The position numbers were made by a program, and so were the translations under genes. A stretch of DNA of 64,000 nucleotides from Sphyrna mokarran (taxonomy: Eukaryota). Position 1 is the first letter of the stretch. The number at the start of each line of letters is the position of its first letter. The notes beneath the pieces are model-generated. The model saw nothing but the letters and a program-made list of their open reading frames with translations. It was not told the origin of the DNA and did no database searches. Below, in pieces: positions 39,031 through 50,500 of the stretch. Location of the stretch: positions 76,632,001 through 76,696,000 of the forward strand of contig JAGIQG010000007.1 in the NCBI GenBank assembly GCA_024679065.1. Direction: 5' to 3'.

Positions 39031-39964
39031 ACAATTTATCTCAACACCTGTCTCCTTGATGTATCTATTATCAGTTTGAAGATCTCTTTCTGTGGGTCAA
39101 TGTTACTACTATCAAAAATAATTTTCTTGATATCGCTCTTGTTAAGCAGTTTGAGGTGTTTACCATTCAGTGTAACTGTAATTTATTGACAGTGGTATAA
39201 ATAGAAATACAATGGCTCTGTAATTTTATGCCATATTAATTAGTTCTTGGACATTAAACTGGGATACATCATTTTTGCGGCCAGGAAAGAAATCGTCTTC
39301 ACTGGCTCTTGCCCCAAATTCAATACTCATGAATCCCCTAATGTGATTTGGACCTTCCAGCAATCTGCACATGGAACATCCATGCATCTAATTTAGATAT
39401 ATTTAAGTCAGGGTCAGTGGCACTGCAGTTTCAGATTTCTATTGTTTGAACTTACAATAATGGAACTTCGGAAGAGAATCTGAGTCATAGCTGTCGGCAG
39501 GATCTTCTGACACTGACTGGAGTGAGGAGATTGCTGAAAATTTGGGTAGCGATTATTGCAAGTAAGAAAAGCCTTCCAACTGCATTGTTTTGCATTGTGT
39601 ATGGTCAGCCTGTAGACAATGTTCTGTTAGAACTTAGCGTTTTGAAGTAAAGTCGTCTTTTGATCAAAATTTTGAAATTCTGAGTTTTTAATTTTGAAAA
39701 TTAATGTCCTCAGTTGTGCTTGATTTAACAAAGCACAAATAATTATTATATATGAATCAAGCAGAATGTATTAGAAAATATTTTGCTTATACTTAACACA
39801 AAGCTGTGAAGACAACATGGAAGTTTTTCATCCCTCAAACTTTGAAAAGACCTTGAATGTTGCCAGCACAGTGATGTCTTTCTTTTCTCTGTCTTTGAAG
39901 TGATGTAGAAGAGTCATACCTGAAAAGCCATGGGAATGTTGTGCCAACAGAGATTCCTATTTTC

Positions 39965-41400
39965 CAACTCTGCAGAGACAGCAATCAGGGGAATTGGGAG
40001 AATTCTGCAGAGGTAGTGATCAGGGGAGTGGGAGGAACTCGGCAAGGGCGGTGATGGGGGGAGTAGGGGGATCTCTGCAGGGATGGCAAACAGGTGAATG
40101 GGGGAGATCTGCAGGGCTGGTGATCGGGGGAGTGGTGGAACTCTGTAGGGGCAGTGCCCGGGGGAATAGGGAAAGTCTGCAAGAGCGGTGATTGGGGGAG
40201 TGGGGAGATCTCTGCAGGGGTGGTGATTGGGGAGTGGGGGGACCTCTGCATGGCTGGCGATCGGAGGAATGGGGGAATCTCTGCGGGGGTGGAGTGGGAT
40301 GGTGTGGGGTGGAGCGGTGACCAGGGAGTGAGGGGAATTTTGCAGGAGGAGCAGCTGGTAGAATGGAGAGATCTGTGCAGGGGTAGTGATTGGGAGAGTG
40401 GGGGAATCTCTGCAGGGGGGAGGTCGGGGGAGTGAGGAGAACTCTGCAGAGGAGTGACCACGGGAGTGGGGAGATCTCTGCAGGGATGGTGATTGGGGGA
40501 TCTCTGCATGAGTGATGATTGGAGGAATGGGGGGGAATCTCAGCGCGGCAATCGGGAGACTAGGGGAACTCTGCAGAGGGGTGACTGGCGGAATGGGGTA
40601 GATTTCTGCAGAGACGGTGATCAGGGGAATGGGGGTATCTCTGCAGAAGCAACAATTAAGGGAGTGGGAGGGTATCTCTGCAGAAGCAACAATTAAGGGA
40701 GTGGGGGGGTATCTCTGCAGAGGCAGCGATTAGGGGAGTGGGGGATATCTCTGCAGAGGCAGCGATTAGGGGAGTGGGGGCGTATCTCTGCAGAGGTGGC
40801 GATCAGGAGATGAGGGGAACTCTGCAGGGGAGTGGGGGGGTATCTCTGCGGGGGCAATGATCGCGAGAGTCATGAGATCTATGTGGGGGGGGGCAATTAG
40901 GGGAGTGGGGGGATTTCTGCTGGGGGGGCAATTGGGGGAGTGAGAGGATCTGTGCAGGAGTGATGATCTGGGGAGTGGGGGGATCTCTGCTGGGGGGGCA
41001 ATTGGGGGAGTGGAGGACCTCTGCTGGGGGGGTGATTGGGGGAGTGAGGGATCCCTACAGGAGTGACAATCTGGGGAGTGGGGGGATCTCTGCGGGGGGT
41101 GGGGGGGCATTAGGGCAGTGGGGGGATCTCTGCAGGGATGGCGATTGGAGGAGTGGGGGGATCTTTATGAGGATGGCAATTGGGGAAGTGGGGCTTTCTG
41201 CAGGGTGGCCACTGGGTGAATGGGAGGATGTCTGCAGCGGTGGCAATTGGGGGAGTGGGGGATCTCTGTGGGGTGGCGATTGAGGGAGGGAGGATCTCTG
41301 CGGGGGTGAGAATTGGGGGAGTGGGAGATTTCTCCGGGGGTGCAACTGGGGGAGTAGAGGAGCTCTGCAGGGGTACGATTAGTAGTGAGCGATCTCTGAA
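39965..41400 (+). repeat. G-rich minisatellite, ~36-37-bp unit (approx. ggggagtgggggga(t)atctctgcagaggcagcgatta)
   Basis: Recurrent (ga)tctctgcag and ggggagtggg motifs; near-identical consecutive units at 40641-40790. Confidence 0.9.
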
Positions 41401-41781
41401 GAGCTTCAAGGGATGGCAATACAGCATAGGGAGCGGTCAGCCATGGGTCCTGATGTCTGTGGAGATAGTGGGGTGATGATACGGGATCTCTCATTGCCTG
41501 GGAGATCAGGGCACTTATACAATGGTACCCCTGGAGCTCAGCAGCTGGCTTCACCAGCAAGGTTTGGCTCCATCATGCTCCTATTGGTGAGAATTGTATC
41601 TGGGCTTTTTCTTAACTAAGTGTTGTAAGATTGCAACTGGCAGCTTGCCCAAAAAATTGACACAATTCTCTCCCATTTTCATGCTTATTCAGCATTTTGA
41701 ATTTTTCTCATAAAATTCCTCGCGAAGTGTCATCCAAAGAACAAATTACTTTTCACCATTCCTTCGTCTAATTGCATTCGT

Positions 41782-42240
41782 AGAATCATAGAATCCCTGA
41801 ATTGCAGAAGGAGGCCTTTTGGCCCATTGAGACTGTGGTGACAACAATCCCATCCAGAGCCTATCCCCATGTATTTACCCTGATAAGCCCCTGACAATAA
41901 GGGACAATCCACCTAGTGTGCACATGTTAGGAGTAAGAAGTCCCTCAACACCAGATTAAAGTCCAACAGCCTCAAGCTCCTCACCTGATGAAGGAGACTC
42001 CAAAAGCTAGTGTTGCCAAATAAACCTGTTGGGCTTTAACCTGATGTTGTGAGACTTCTTACAGTGCTTACCCCAGTCCAATGCCAGCATCTCCACATTG
42101 GACTGTGAAAGGAAGCTGGAGCATCCAGCAGGAACCCACACAGACATGGGGAGAATGTGCAAGTTCCACATAAACAGTCACCTGAAGCCAGAATTGAACC
42201 CAGGTCTCTGGCGCTGTAAGGCAGCAGTGCTAACCATTAT
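41782..42240 (-). mobile_element. HE1-like SINE split by a mini Penelope fold-back
   Basis: Tail agaatcatagaatccc at 41782; head gcagcagtgctaacca at ~42221-42236. Confidence 0.85.
41933..42098 (+). mobile_element. Mini Penelope-derived fold-back with one hammerhead motif (GAAA mutated to AAAA)
   Basis: 41933-41969 is the inverted copy of 42026-42062; between them lies cac-ctgatga-a-ggag-a-ctcc-aaaa-gc-ta-gtg. The element ends ccccagtccaatgccagcatctccacat. Confidence 0.8.
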
Positions 42241-42299
42241 TGTAGTCAATTAAGGCAGCATACACTCAAGGCTCTCATTAAAGAATTAAGTCATCATTG

Positions 42300-42432
42300 G
42301 GTTCCAATGAAAGATCAACAACCTGAAACATTAACTCTGCTTCTTTGCACATACTGTCTGATCTGTTGAGCATTTCTAGCATTTTCTGTTTAAATTGCAG
42401 ATTTCCAGCATCCATAGTATTTTTGCTTTTGC
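42300..42432 (+). mobile_element. Penelope-like 3' fragment (second family), dead hammerhead
   Basis: gtt-ccaatga-aagatcaacaacct-gaaa-ca-tt-aac followed by the tail shared with 24243-24340. Confidence 0.5.
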
Positions 42433-45400
42433 ATTTTGTAAGATATCACCTCTCCATTTCCTCCAAGGAATATACAGGCAGCACACTCTATAAAGACTTT
42501 AAAATGAGCAGATGTGAATTGGAAGAGTGCACTTGACCATACAATAATAGTGGAGCTTTGAAAATTACAAACTGTGGGCATGTAGCCCCATTCATCCGTC
42601 CTCATTATTCTGGCCCTGATCTTTGTTGCCAGTTCAGTGCATAAAGATGGAGAATTCTCAGTTCCATAAACCCAATCTTTAAATCTGACTGCCTGGTCAT
42701 TGGATTTCTAGTCTATTGAGGTGGGGGCTGAGAGTTGGCCAGATTGGAAGTCTTCCATATTTAATTCTCTGTTTGGCTTTCCTGGATTTAAATGATGTCG
42801 ATGGATGATATTTAGGTGATATAGATTACATTCCCATTAGAAATTGTTCCAAGGGTCAATATAAAGAAGTAGATAGCCATGTGTGTGTTGCAAGCAGCTC
42901 CAGGATTGAGGTGACCCTCTTCTCATTGGAGTTTGGATCTTCAGGTGGAGTATTGCTGGATGAACCTTTTATGGTTGTACCTGAGCAGTCTGATGTTGCT
43001 TCCAGTTTCTTATTGTTAAGGAGAAAGGTCAGAAACCAAGCTCAGGTTTCTGCTCTAAGCAGCCTTAAAAAAGTCAATTCTTTCACTCACTGGACTCTCA
43101 ATCATATCCCCAAATATTGGTTTCAAATTGGTTTAATGTCAAATCAATGAAAGTCCTATAAGACTATTTCCTGCAGTTAAGATCGTGAATTATGCATGCA
43201 GGAAGACCTAGGCTCTCTCTTACTGTCATCACAGCATCATCTATGTTTCCATAGAATGGGTTAATCCCTGAGTGTTTCTGAAATGTGGTGGGGCAGGTGA
43301 CTGAGAACATTTCCACAAAGCTGTCACATTCTGCACTGATGCCTCAACAAAGTTTCCCAGGCATTGCCACTATTGAGAGGTGTAGAGTCAAATCAAAGAC
43401 ACACATTCCAGAGATTGTTTTCAGAATTTACACATTGATACAACAGTTCCTTTGAAATTCTTATCAAGTAAGTAGTGAGGAGTCCCATAATTCCAAAACC
43501 ATAGAAACCTTCTCCTTGTTCTCTGCTAGGCATGTGACAGATTTCGACCCATTCCCAATTCCTTTGACTCCTTTATATTGTGACAATCCAACATCCTCAC
43601 TAAAAGTACATAATTCCTCTTGGAGGAAAATATCTGAGTTAATGTTTGAGAATAAAAAAGCAAGTACTGCGCAGGTTAAAATCAAACATGTTTTCCAGAG
43701 GAACAAAGGGACAAGATATTGGTCCATATATTTATATCCTCTTCCTCATGATCATCATCCTCCTCAGTGCCGTCACTGTCACATGGCACAAGGATGAAGT
43801 TCTTGCCCTCTTTCTTATCAACATCTTTCTTCTCTACCTCAGCATCTGCATCTGATCACTCTCAGCTAGATATCTGCAACAACGAATGGTAGCAGTTAAG
43901 AAGAAAGACATTGGAATGTTGAGAAGGTTTACTATTGCATGATGCTTCACACAACTACCTATGTAGATATGTAGCCAGTAAGTTGACTCCACAATTAAGC
44001 CATCAATTATCTGTCTCCAGTGCTAGAACAGAACTTCAGCCCAACAACCCCGTAGCCTGCTTTTTTAAAGGGTTTATACCCCTCAGGTCAGGCTGCCTAC
44101 TTCTCAAGGACATTTTGTGCAAATTTCTTCTGCAATAAGATTAGAAGCATTTGACTGTCTCTCAGGTGACATGGGACAGTTTATATAAGGTACTCTCTGT
44201 TAGAATGGTGGAAGGGGCTTGCAGATTATATATGTAAACAATTGCTTTTAGGGAGTTATTGTCAAGTGCCATAAGATATTGAGTTTTTGACCCGGCCAAA
44301 CCTGTGTTCAAAATGAAAGATTATGTGGACATTTCTTCATTTTAGACAGCAATCAGTGTACTGATGCTGAAGTGAAAACAGAACAGCATAATATTGCCTG
44401 AAAGCTTTGTTCAATCTCTTTGAGTAGAGTTTGGAGATGGGTTTTGCTGGAATTGAGAGCTCTTCTTGTGTTCTTCTTCACACTGCTTTGTCCTTTATTG
44501 GAAGACTGATCATGAGTGAGGTTTCAACCCACCGTCCTTTGAATCAGAGGCAGAAGTGCTATTAAACTAGCCAAGGTGAAAGAAAAAAAAGGCTTGCTTT
44601 GATATCAGCACCTTAAGCATTCTTAAACGTATCAAAACACTTCACATTCAATGAATCATTTTCCTGAATTTTTTGTTCCACATTCTCAAGTATTCTGATT
44701 TCATCAGCAAAACCCGACGTGAACGAAAGAATCCAAATGCGAATACACAAACCAAATGATTTCAAATTCAGCCTGAGCACTGGGAATAATCAAACTTATG
44801 AAACGAATTCATTTAGGACATTAGCTACATTTTTCAAGCAAACACCAAATGGGAATCAGTTTTCTTTCAATCACCCAATAACAATGCAGCATGATTAACT
44901 GAGAAGACTAATGTCTTTCTCCCATCGCTGCCCATGTGGTTCAATAATGTTAAATGTGCACCATGATTCCTGCTGATTGCAAATGATCTTACTTGTCTGT
45001 TCTGTGAGTTGTGATTATAAGTCAACAAGTTTTAAATATCTGCAGTGCCAGTGTAAACGTTAAAACTACAGCTGTGTACAGCTTCACCACCAAATGTATA
45101 ATGTATCCACATTGAATTTGGCCAGTGAATAATTAAGTGAATTCATCATATCGCCTCCCATTTGGCAGGCGCTGGTGGGGAATTAATTGGCCTCAATCAT
45201 AAGGAAGTGGTTTAATTAAACTTAACAAACTTTTGTAAACTTTGTGAAATAATTTAAGTCCAACTTGATGACTGCTTAATTTTTTGGAATTTGATCGTCA
45301 AATATTTTAATAATGCATTATCCCTATGTGGCTGTAATGAATTAACATGCTGTGAGAAATCTAGTGAATGCTTTTGATTGAATAATAGAATAATGATCAA

Positions 45401-45464
45401 CATTAGATTATGTAACCTTGAAAAATAGGTTAATTGAAAGAAAGCATTTTAATTTTTTAGTATC

Positions 45465-45760
45465 TTATCACATCCGCACACGTTTCAGCATTTCAAAGCA
45501 TTTCATGTCCAGTGATTTACTGTTTTTAAAGTGTAGTCATTGTTTCACTGTTGTTATGTAAGCAGATGTAGCAGCTAAATTGAACACAGTAAGGTCCCCA
45601 AAACAGCAAATGAGATAAATTACTATTTAATCTTTTTGTCATTGGCATTGATTGAGAGTGAAATAAAAAAAAACTAATAATGCCATGGGATCTTTTATTC
45701 AGGATTTAAATAACACCTCATTCAACTGTAAAAAATACAGCAATTCCTCAGTATGATGAC
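45465..45760 (-). mobile_element. Deu-domain SINE remnant
   Basis: gcagctaaattgaacacagtaaggtccc and aatgccatgggatctttta match the other Deu copies. Confidence 0.5.
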
Positions 45761-46449
45761 ATTTTAGCTGAAACTATAGGCTGGATTTAAACTTTGAGCT
45801 GCAGTTCGAATGACAGTTTGGTACAGGGAGGGAGAAGGAGGGAGAAAGGGGTGGGTTGGTGGATGGGATGGGGGTAGGATTGGCGGAGGGTCCAGTAACA
45901 CCCTGGAAACCCAGAAGAGAATGCAACACAACAATCAATGCTCTTTTAACTCAGTCAATGAATTACAGGGCAAGAGTTTTCAGTTCATTGGCTTCCCATT
46001 CTCCCAGTGAGAAAGGTGATTGCAAATTCAGTCTCACTCAGTTAAGTGACTCTGAGTAAGAATCCTGCCCCCTTCTGGGGAGGAGGTACTACCTCCCTGA
46101 GCTGCCAACCTAACAGATGACCAGAAAATCTCTGGTCACAGGAGAGCCTCGGGAGTGGTAGCCACTTCAGACAATGCACCCAGTTCCTAACAGATCCTCA
46201 CTGGAGTCAGATGGAGATGTAAACTGGGGGGAAGTTTCTGGAATGCCAGGACCCTGACAAGGTAATTGGGTATGGAGGCTTGGATAACATGGGGTGAAGA
46301 GAGGAAGACCTAGGGGATCATGGGGTAGTCATTGGGGGTGCTTCCATGATGCCCTTAAAGGAAGTGCCCCTTCTTTCCAAGCTATAGCCCTAGGATTTAT
46401 ATACAAATTTATTCATGTTGACTTAATGAAAGTGGAAAGATGAAATACG

Positions 46450-49400
46450 ATCAAAATTATCACAAAGTATTTTTACCTTGACAGGTTTAATTGATGTTTT
46501 TAATTTCACACTGAACATTCACTCGTTTAGCAAGAGATGATGTAGGAGGATGATGAAGACTCTTCTGAGGGTGCAGCATCAGCAGACTCATTCAAATTGC
46601 ACCTTAGCTCAGATATTCACCCCAAAGGTAAGGAAAATGTTCATCTGAAGACTCACACATCACAAGTGAGAAAGAACAGATGGCGAAGACAAGGAAAGCA
46701 ATGGAGAGTCTGTACTGGAGGCCACAGAACCCTCCAAGATCTGCTCAGCTGCTGGGACATGGTGTACCTCAGAGGCCATTAATGAATAGGATCCTTCAGG
46801 AGCTGTAGCTGAGAAGGCATGATGGTGTTTCATCTGCAGTATACATGCTTTTGGAAAGATGGAGTCCGTCTCAAGGATGAATGGTATGATTGGATATCTC
46901 CATCGTGGAGTTGCCTTTAGTTGCTTGGACCATTAAATATAGCAATCAGAAGTGCAAACAGGCCTTCATCATTAGCTTATATCTTATACATGCCACTGAT
47001 AGACTGATTGATACCTCAGCCTTGGCCTTGGCCATTCATCTCCAGTGCATTGCTTGCAGAGCAGGTAGCTGGACCATGGGAGTATGTTGATGAAAGGGGA
47101 CATGGAAGTGGGAATAGATTAAAATGTTTTCCCTTCTCACCCATTGTTCTCCCACCACCCCAATCAATATCCACTTATTGCTGTGTGGCCTGCTAGTAGT
47201 CTCCTTTTGCAGAGGTAATGGTGAGTCACTCTTTAATGGAACCCTCATGAGCATCAAAAGCCAAAGAATTTTGGTTTCAATTGCTCCCATCCACACCATC
47301 CCAACCTTTCCGATGTCAGGTCCATAAATCAGGGCATTAAGTGCCTTTCGAAGAGGGACGCCCTCCACCCCGACTCCGTCCACCCCAGTAGGCCATTAAC
47401 AAAGTGATTGGGTTTGTTGGACAGCTTGTAGCAGGAACTGGTGCCACTTTGTCATGTTGCCCATTTTTGTTTGCTTCTTGACAGCTGGCTTTTTCACTTA
47501 TGATGAATGTTGAGATGAGGCATACATAATAACAGGGTCACTGAGAAGCTTACTTGCTTGCAGAACTTATTTTTGGCAGTGACATTTGTTGGGGATGGGT
47601 TGGTGATGGTCAGAGTGTGGGAGAAATGATATCGGATGGATGGGCTACTGGAACATAATTGATTCTCCTAAGAATGAGGCATTGTGGTTGTCAAAGTGAG
47701 CAGTTACTCTTATCACATTCTGCTTTTCCCTTCATCTTAGGCTCGTGTGAAGAGACTCTGTGCCCTGTTCTTCCTACAGGTCCAAGCCGTGCTACTGTGT
47801 CACATTGTGCAGCTCACTATGAGCATTCTGGTTGGTGATACTGTAGGGTGTTTCCAGATCTGCCCAGGCATTTGAAGCACATCTCCAGCACGTCAGCCAC
47901 TTGCTCAGTGACACATTATTTGGTTGTCACATGTATTAATTTCTGGGCCTCGCTGAATGGGTTCCTCACAGGTGTCAGGGGCCACATTTAAAGTGGGTAT
48001 TCCTCCTTATCTCTGAGCAGCCAGCCGACAACTCTGCTTCAAGTTGCAAAGAGATCAGGGAAGATGAACTGCTGCAGGGCGAAAGCATCATGGCAGCTGC
48101 CTGGAAATGTTAGACAGAGCTGTGTCAAGGTTGCTCTGTGTTTGCACACCAGCTGCACACTGATGGAGTGGAAGCTCTTTCTTTTGATGAACATTGTCAG
48201 GTTATCATTTAGTTGCCCTAATTTATCACATGTATGCAGTGGCTAATGCCCTGCATCTGTGGGAAGCCTGTCAAAAATATCAACCCCAATGTCCACACAT
48301 TCTGAGTGGCAGCATCGCTGGCAACGTTGACATAATTGTTGGCCCTGTAGAACAGACAGCAGTCATCTCTTTAATCCATTTGTAAGTCTCTGATTGAAAT
48401 CCTTTAACGGACTGCTGGAAGATGGAAAGAATAAATGTTGAGGGGCAGTGGTTACTTTAACAACCACTGGTAAAGCATGGCTAACCAGGTCCATGTCTTA
48501 TCCCAGCAAGTTGCAAATACCTGCCACCATCAGAAACCTCCTGACTGACTGCTGCTGTGGTGTGTGGAGGAAGCTCATCCTCAGGTATGAGCGTAGGTAT
48601 GGCGTCCTGCCAACCTCAGGCTCTTTGTTCATCCCCTCCATCCTATGGAGCTGCCAATCTGTGATTAGCAGCCTGTTGGTGTTCTGGATGATGTTGGGAT
48701 TATTCCTGCTGCTAACTCTGCTATTGCTGCTGCTGCCTCCTGTCACACACGTTTGCAAGCGATCAGCTGTGAACTTTCAGGTCTTATTGGCACAATTCCC
48801 CGTCGTGTCTTCAGCACTCTCAATGGCCACTGTGTTCTCATTTTGCTTTCATTGCTGAGTTCCAGCAATGTCAGGAAACCAGTGAACCCACATTTAAATT
48901 GGAAAGCCCATGTTAATATTACTGTAACTGACTGATGAAGGTATTGAAATTGACAACCATCTTTCTGGAAGGGGTTGTACACATTCAACCTAAACCCCTG
49001 GAGTTAAATGTGCCAGTTGGCAGGTCAAAGCAGGCTTTCCATTGCTCATACATTTTTTTCACAGCTTAATCCTGCACCCATGTCCATTTTCAATGAGCTC
49101 TCACATGTTGAAATTCACCCTGATGTTCTCGATCTCTGGAGAGAGACTGAACCTATACTTTTCTGGTTCAGAGCTGAGAATCCTACCAACCAGACTAGCC
49201 TCAGCTAAAATGAGAATCAAAGCAATGTCTTTCTCCCCAAAAAAAGCATTTACACTAAACATTCAAGCTGGAGTAAAATTGCGCAAAGAAGCAAAATTTA
49301 ACTCAGCTTTTCTGACCCTGAATGAGGACAAAAATGGAACTCATGTGAAACAGCCCAGAGGGTGATAGGGGTGGAGTGAGCTTTGTGGAGCGGTGGGAGG
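46450..49400 (-). mobile_element. Decayed PIF/Harbinger transposon: transposase (-, ~47750-48660) with a possible second gene (+, ~46520-47300)
   Basis: Minus strand RTPYLRSYLRMSFLHTPQQQSVRRF (N-terminus), PGSCHDAF-like, GWLLRDK..YPL and TEQVADVLEMCFKCL (DDE motifs). The second gene and the outer limits are inferred. Confidence 0.7.
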
Positions 49401-50059
49401 TGATGCTGGATGGTTGGGAGTCTCATTCCCTTTTAGCTGAAGTCCGTATCACTGCTATGAAGTTTGACTTTGAAATGTTTGAGCAATCTACTGAACGCCA
49501 TTAAAATTTTAATATTAGAAAATAACCAACGGGCTGTTGAAAAAAGCTCTGTGAGTATGTTTAAGCTTTCTAGCTTTGTATACGCTTATGATGAATAGCA
49601 AATTAAAATAAATGAAAATCAAAACACAGATGGAATTGTGGTCAGTACAGACTTAATGGGCTGAATGGCCTCCTTCTGTACTATGATTCTATACCCTGAC
49701 TGTAAACAACCTCTTGGGACACACAGGATATAAATTACATTCCTGATTCTAAGTGAGTCTCTTTCGGCAAATCATACTGGGTAGAGAAATAGGGCTCAAT
49801 CACTGCTTTATTTGTGATTTTCTTGAGGAGAATAGCCTGTGAGAATTTAGTGACCAATTCCATTATAGTGAGGAGGTAACTGAGCCAGCATCTGCAGCAT
49901 TTTGCTTTCATTTTGTTCCAGCATTTGTAAAGTTTACTATCAGTAGTAAAGCTCATTAGCAGCAACAGCATTGTCAGTTACAAAATAGAAAAATAGCAAG
50001 ATTGCTCGAGTCTTAAAAATGCTCATCCTTTGCTATGTGGGAACTCCAGGATGCTCCAG

Positions 50060-50500
50060 AGTAGAAAAATGACGATAAAGCACATGAATGCATTGTTGTG
50101 AAGATAACGCAGGAGGGAGGGTATTAGATTCTTGGGACATTGAGACTGGCTGTGGGGAGATAGGACCTGTATAGGCTTGTTGCAATTAAATTGAACCAGA
50201 ACTGAGTTCCTTGGAGGGCGACTTGCTCATGCTATCGGGGAGGATTGAAACAAACTTTGCAGGGGTGTGAGCACCAAGGGATAGTATCAGAGAGGAATGC
50301 CAAGGGGCAAAATATGCTGGGAGAAAGCACTAGAACAGGGAAGAGGTTAATAAGTAGGGTCAGAGTACGTAAGAAGTAATAAAGTCTAAATCAGGATTAC
50401 TGTGCAAGTGTGGGAAGTATGAGGTGTGGTTAATAAGATTGGTGAATTACAGGCACAGATTGACATATTGTGGCTATAACAGAGACTTGGCTCAGAGAAA
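50060..50500 (+). mobile_element. CR1 ORF1 (esterase/SGNH) to ORF2 (APE start) junction remnant
   Basis: RREGIRFLGH*D..WG..DLYRL (CR1 ORF1 esterase), then NKIGELQAQI..IVAITETWL (APE). Confidence 0.7.

Larger units (their letters stand above)
37790..39170 (+). mobile_element. L2 LINE remnant in three pieces, split by a SINE and a CR1 end
   Basis: TIHNLDV..TKTVYFH (37920-38010), AAETLNHGFVTTGLDYS..IQNSAAHILT (38295-38430) and an L2 tail (39120-39170). Confidence 0.7.

Noticed and set aside
39965-41400. CRISPR-like ~36-bp periodicity
   Set aside because: These are head-to-tail degenerate repeats with no unique spacers, no cas genes, and a vertebrate context.
39985-41560. Many Pro-rich or Gly-rich ORFs in both directions
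   Set aside because: They are translations of the G-rich minisatellite, not genes.
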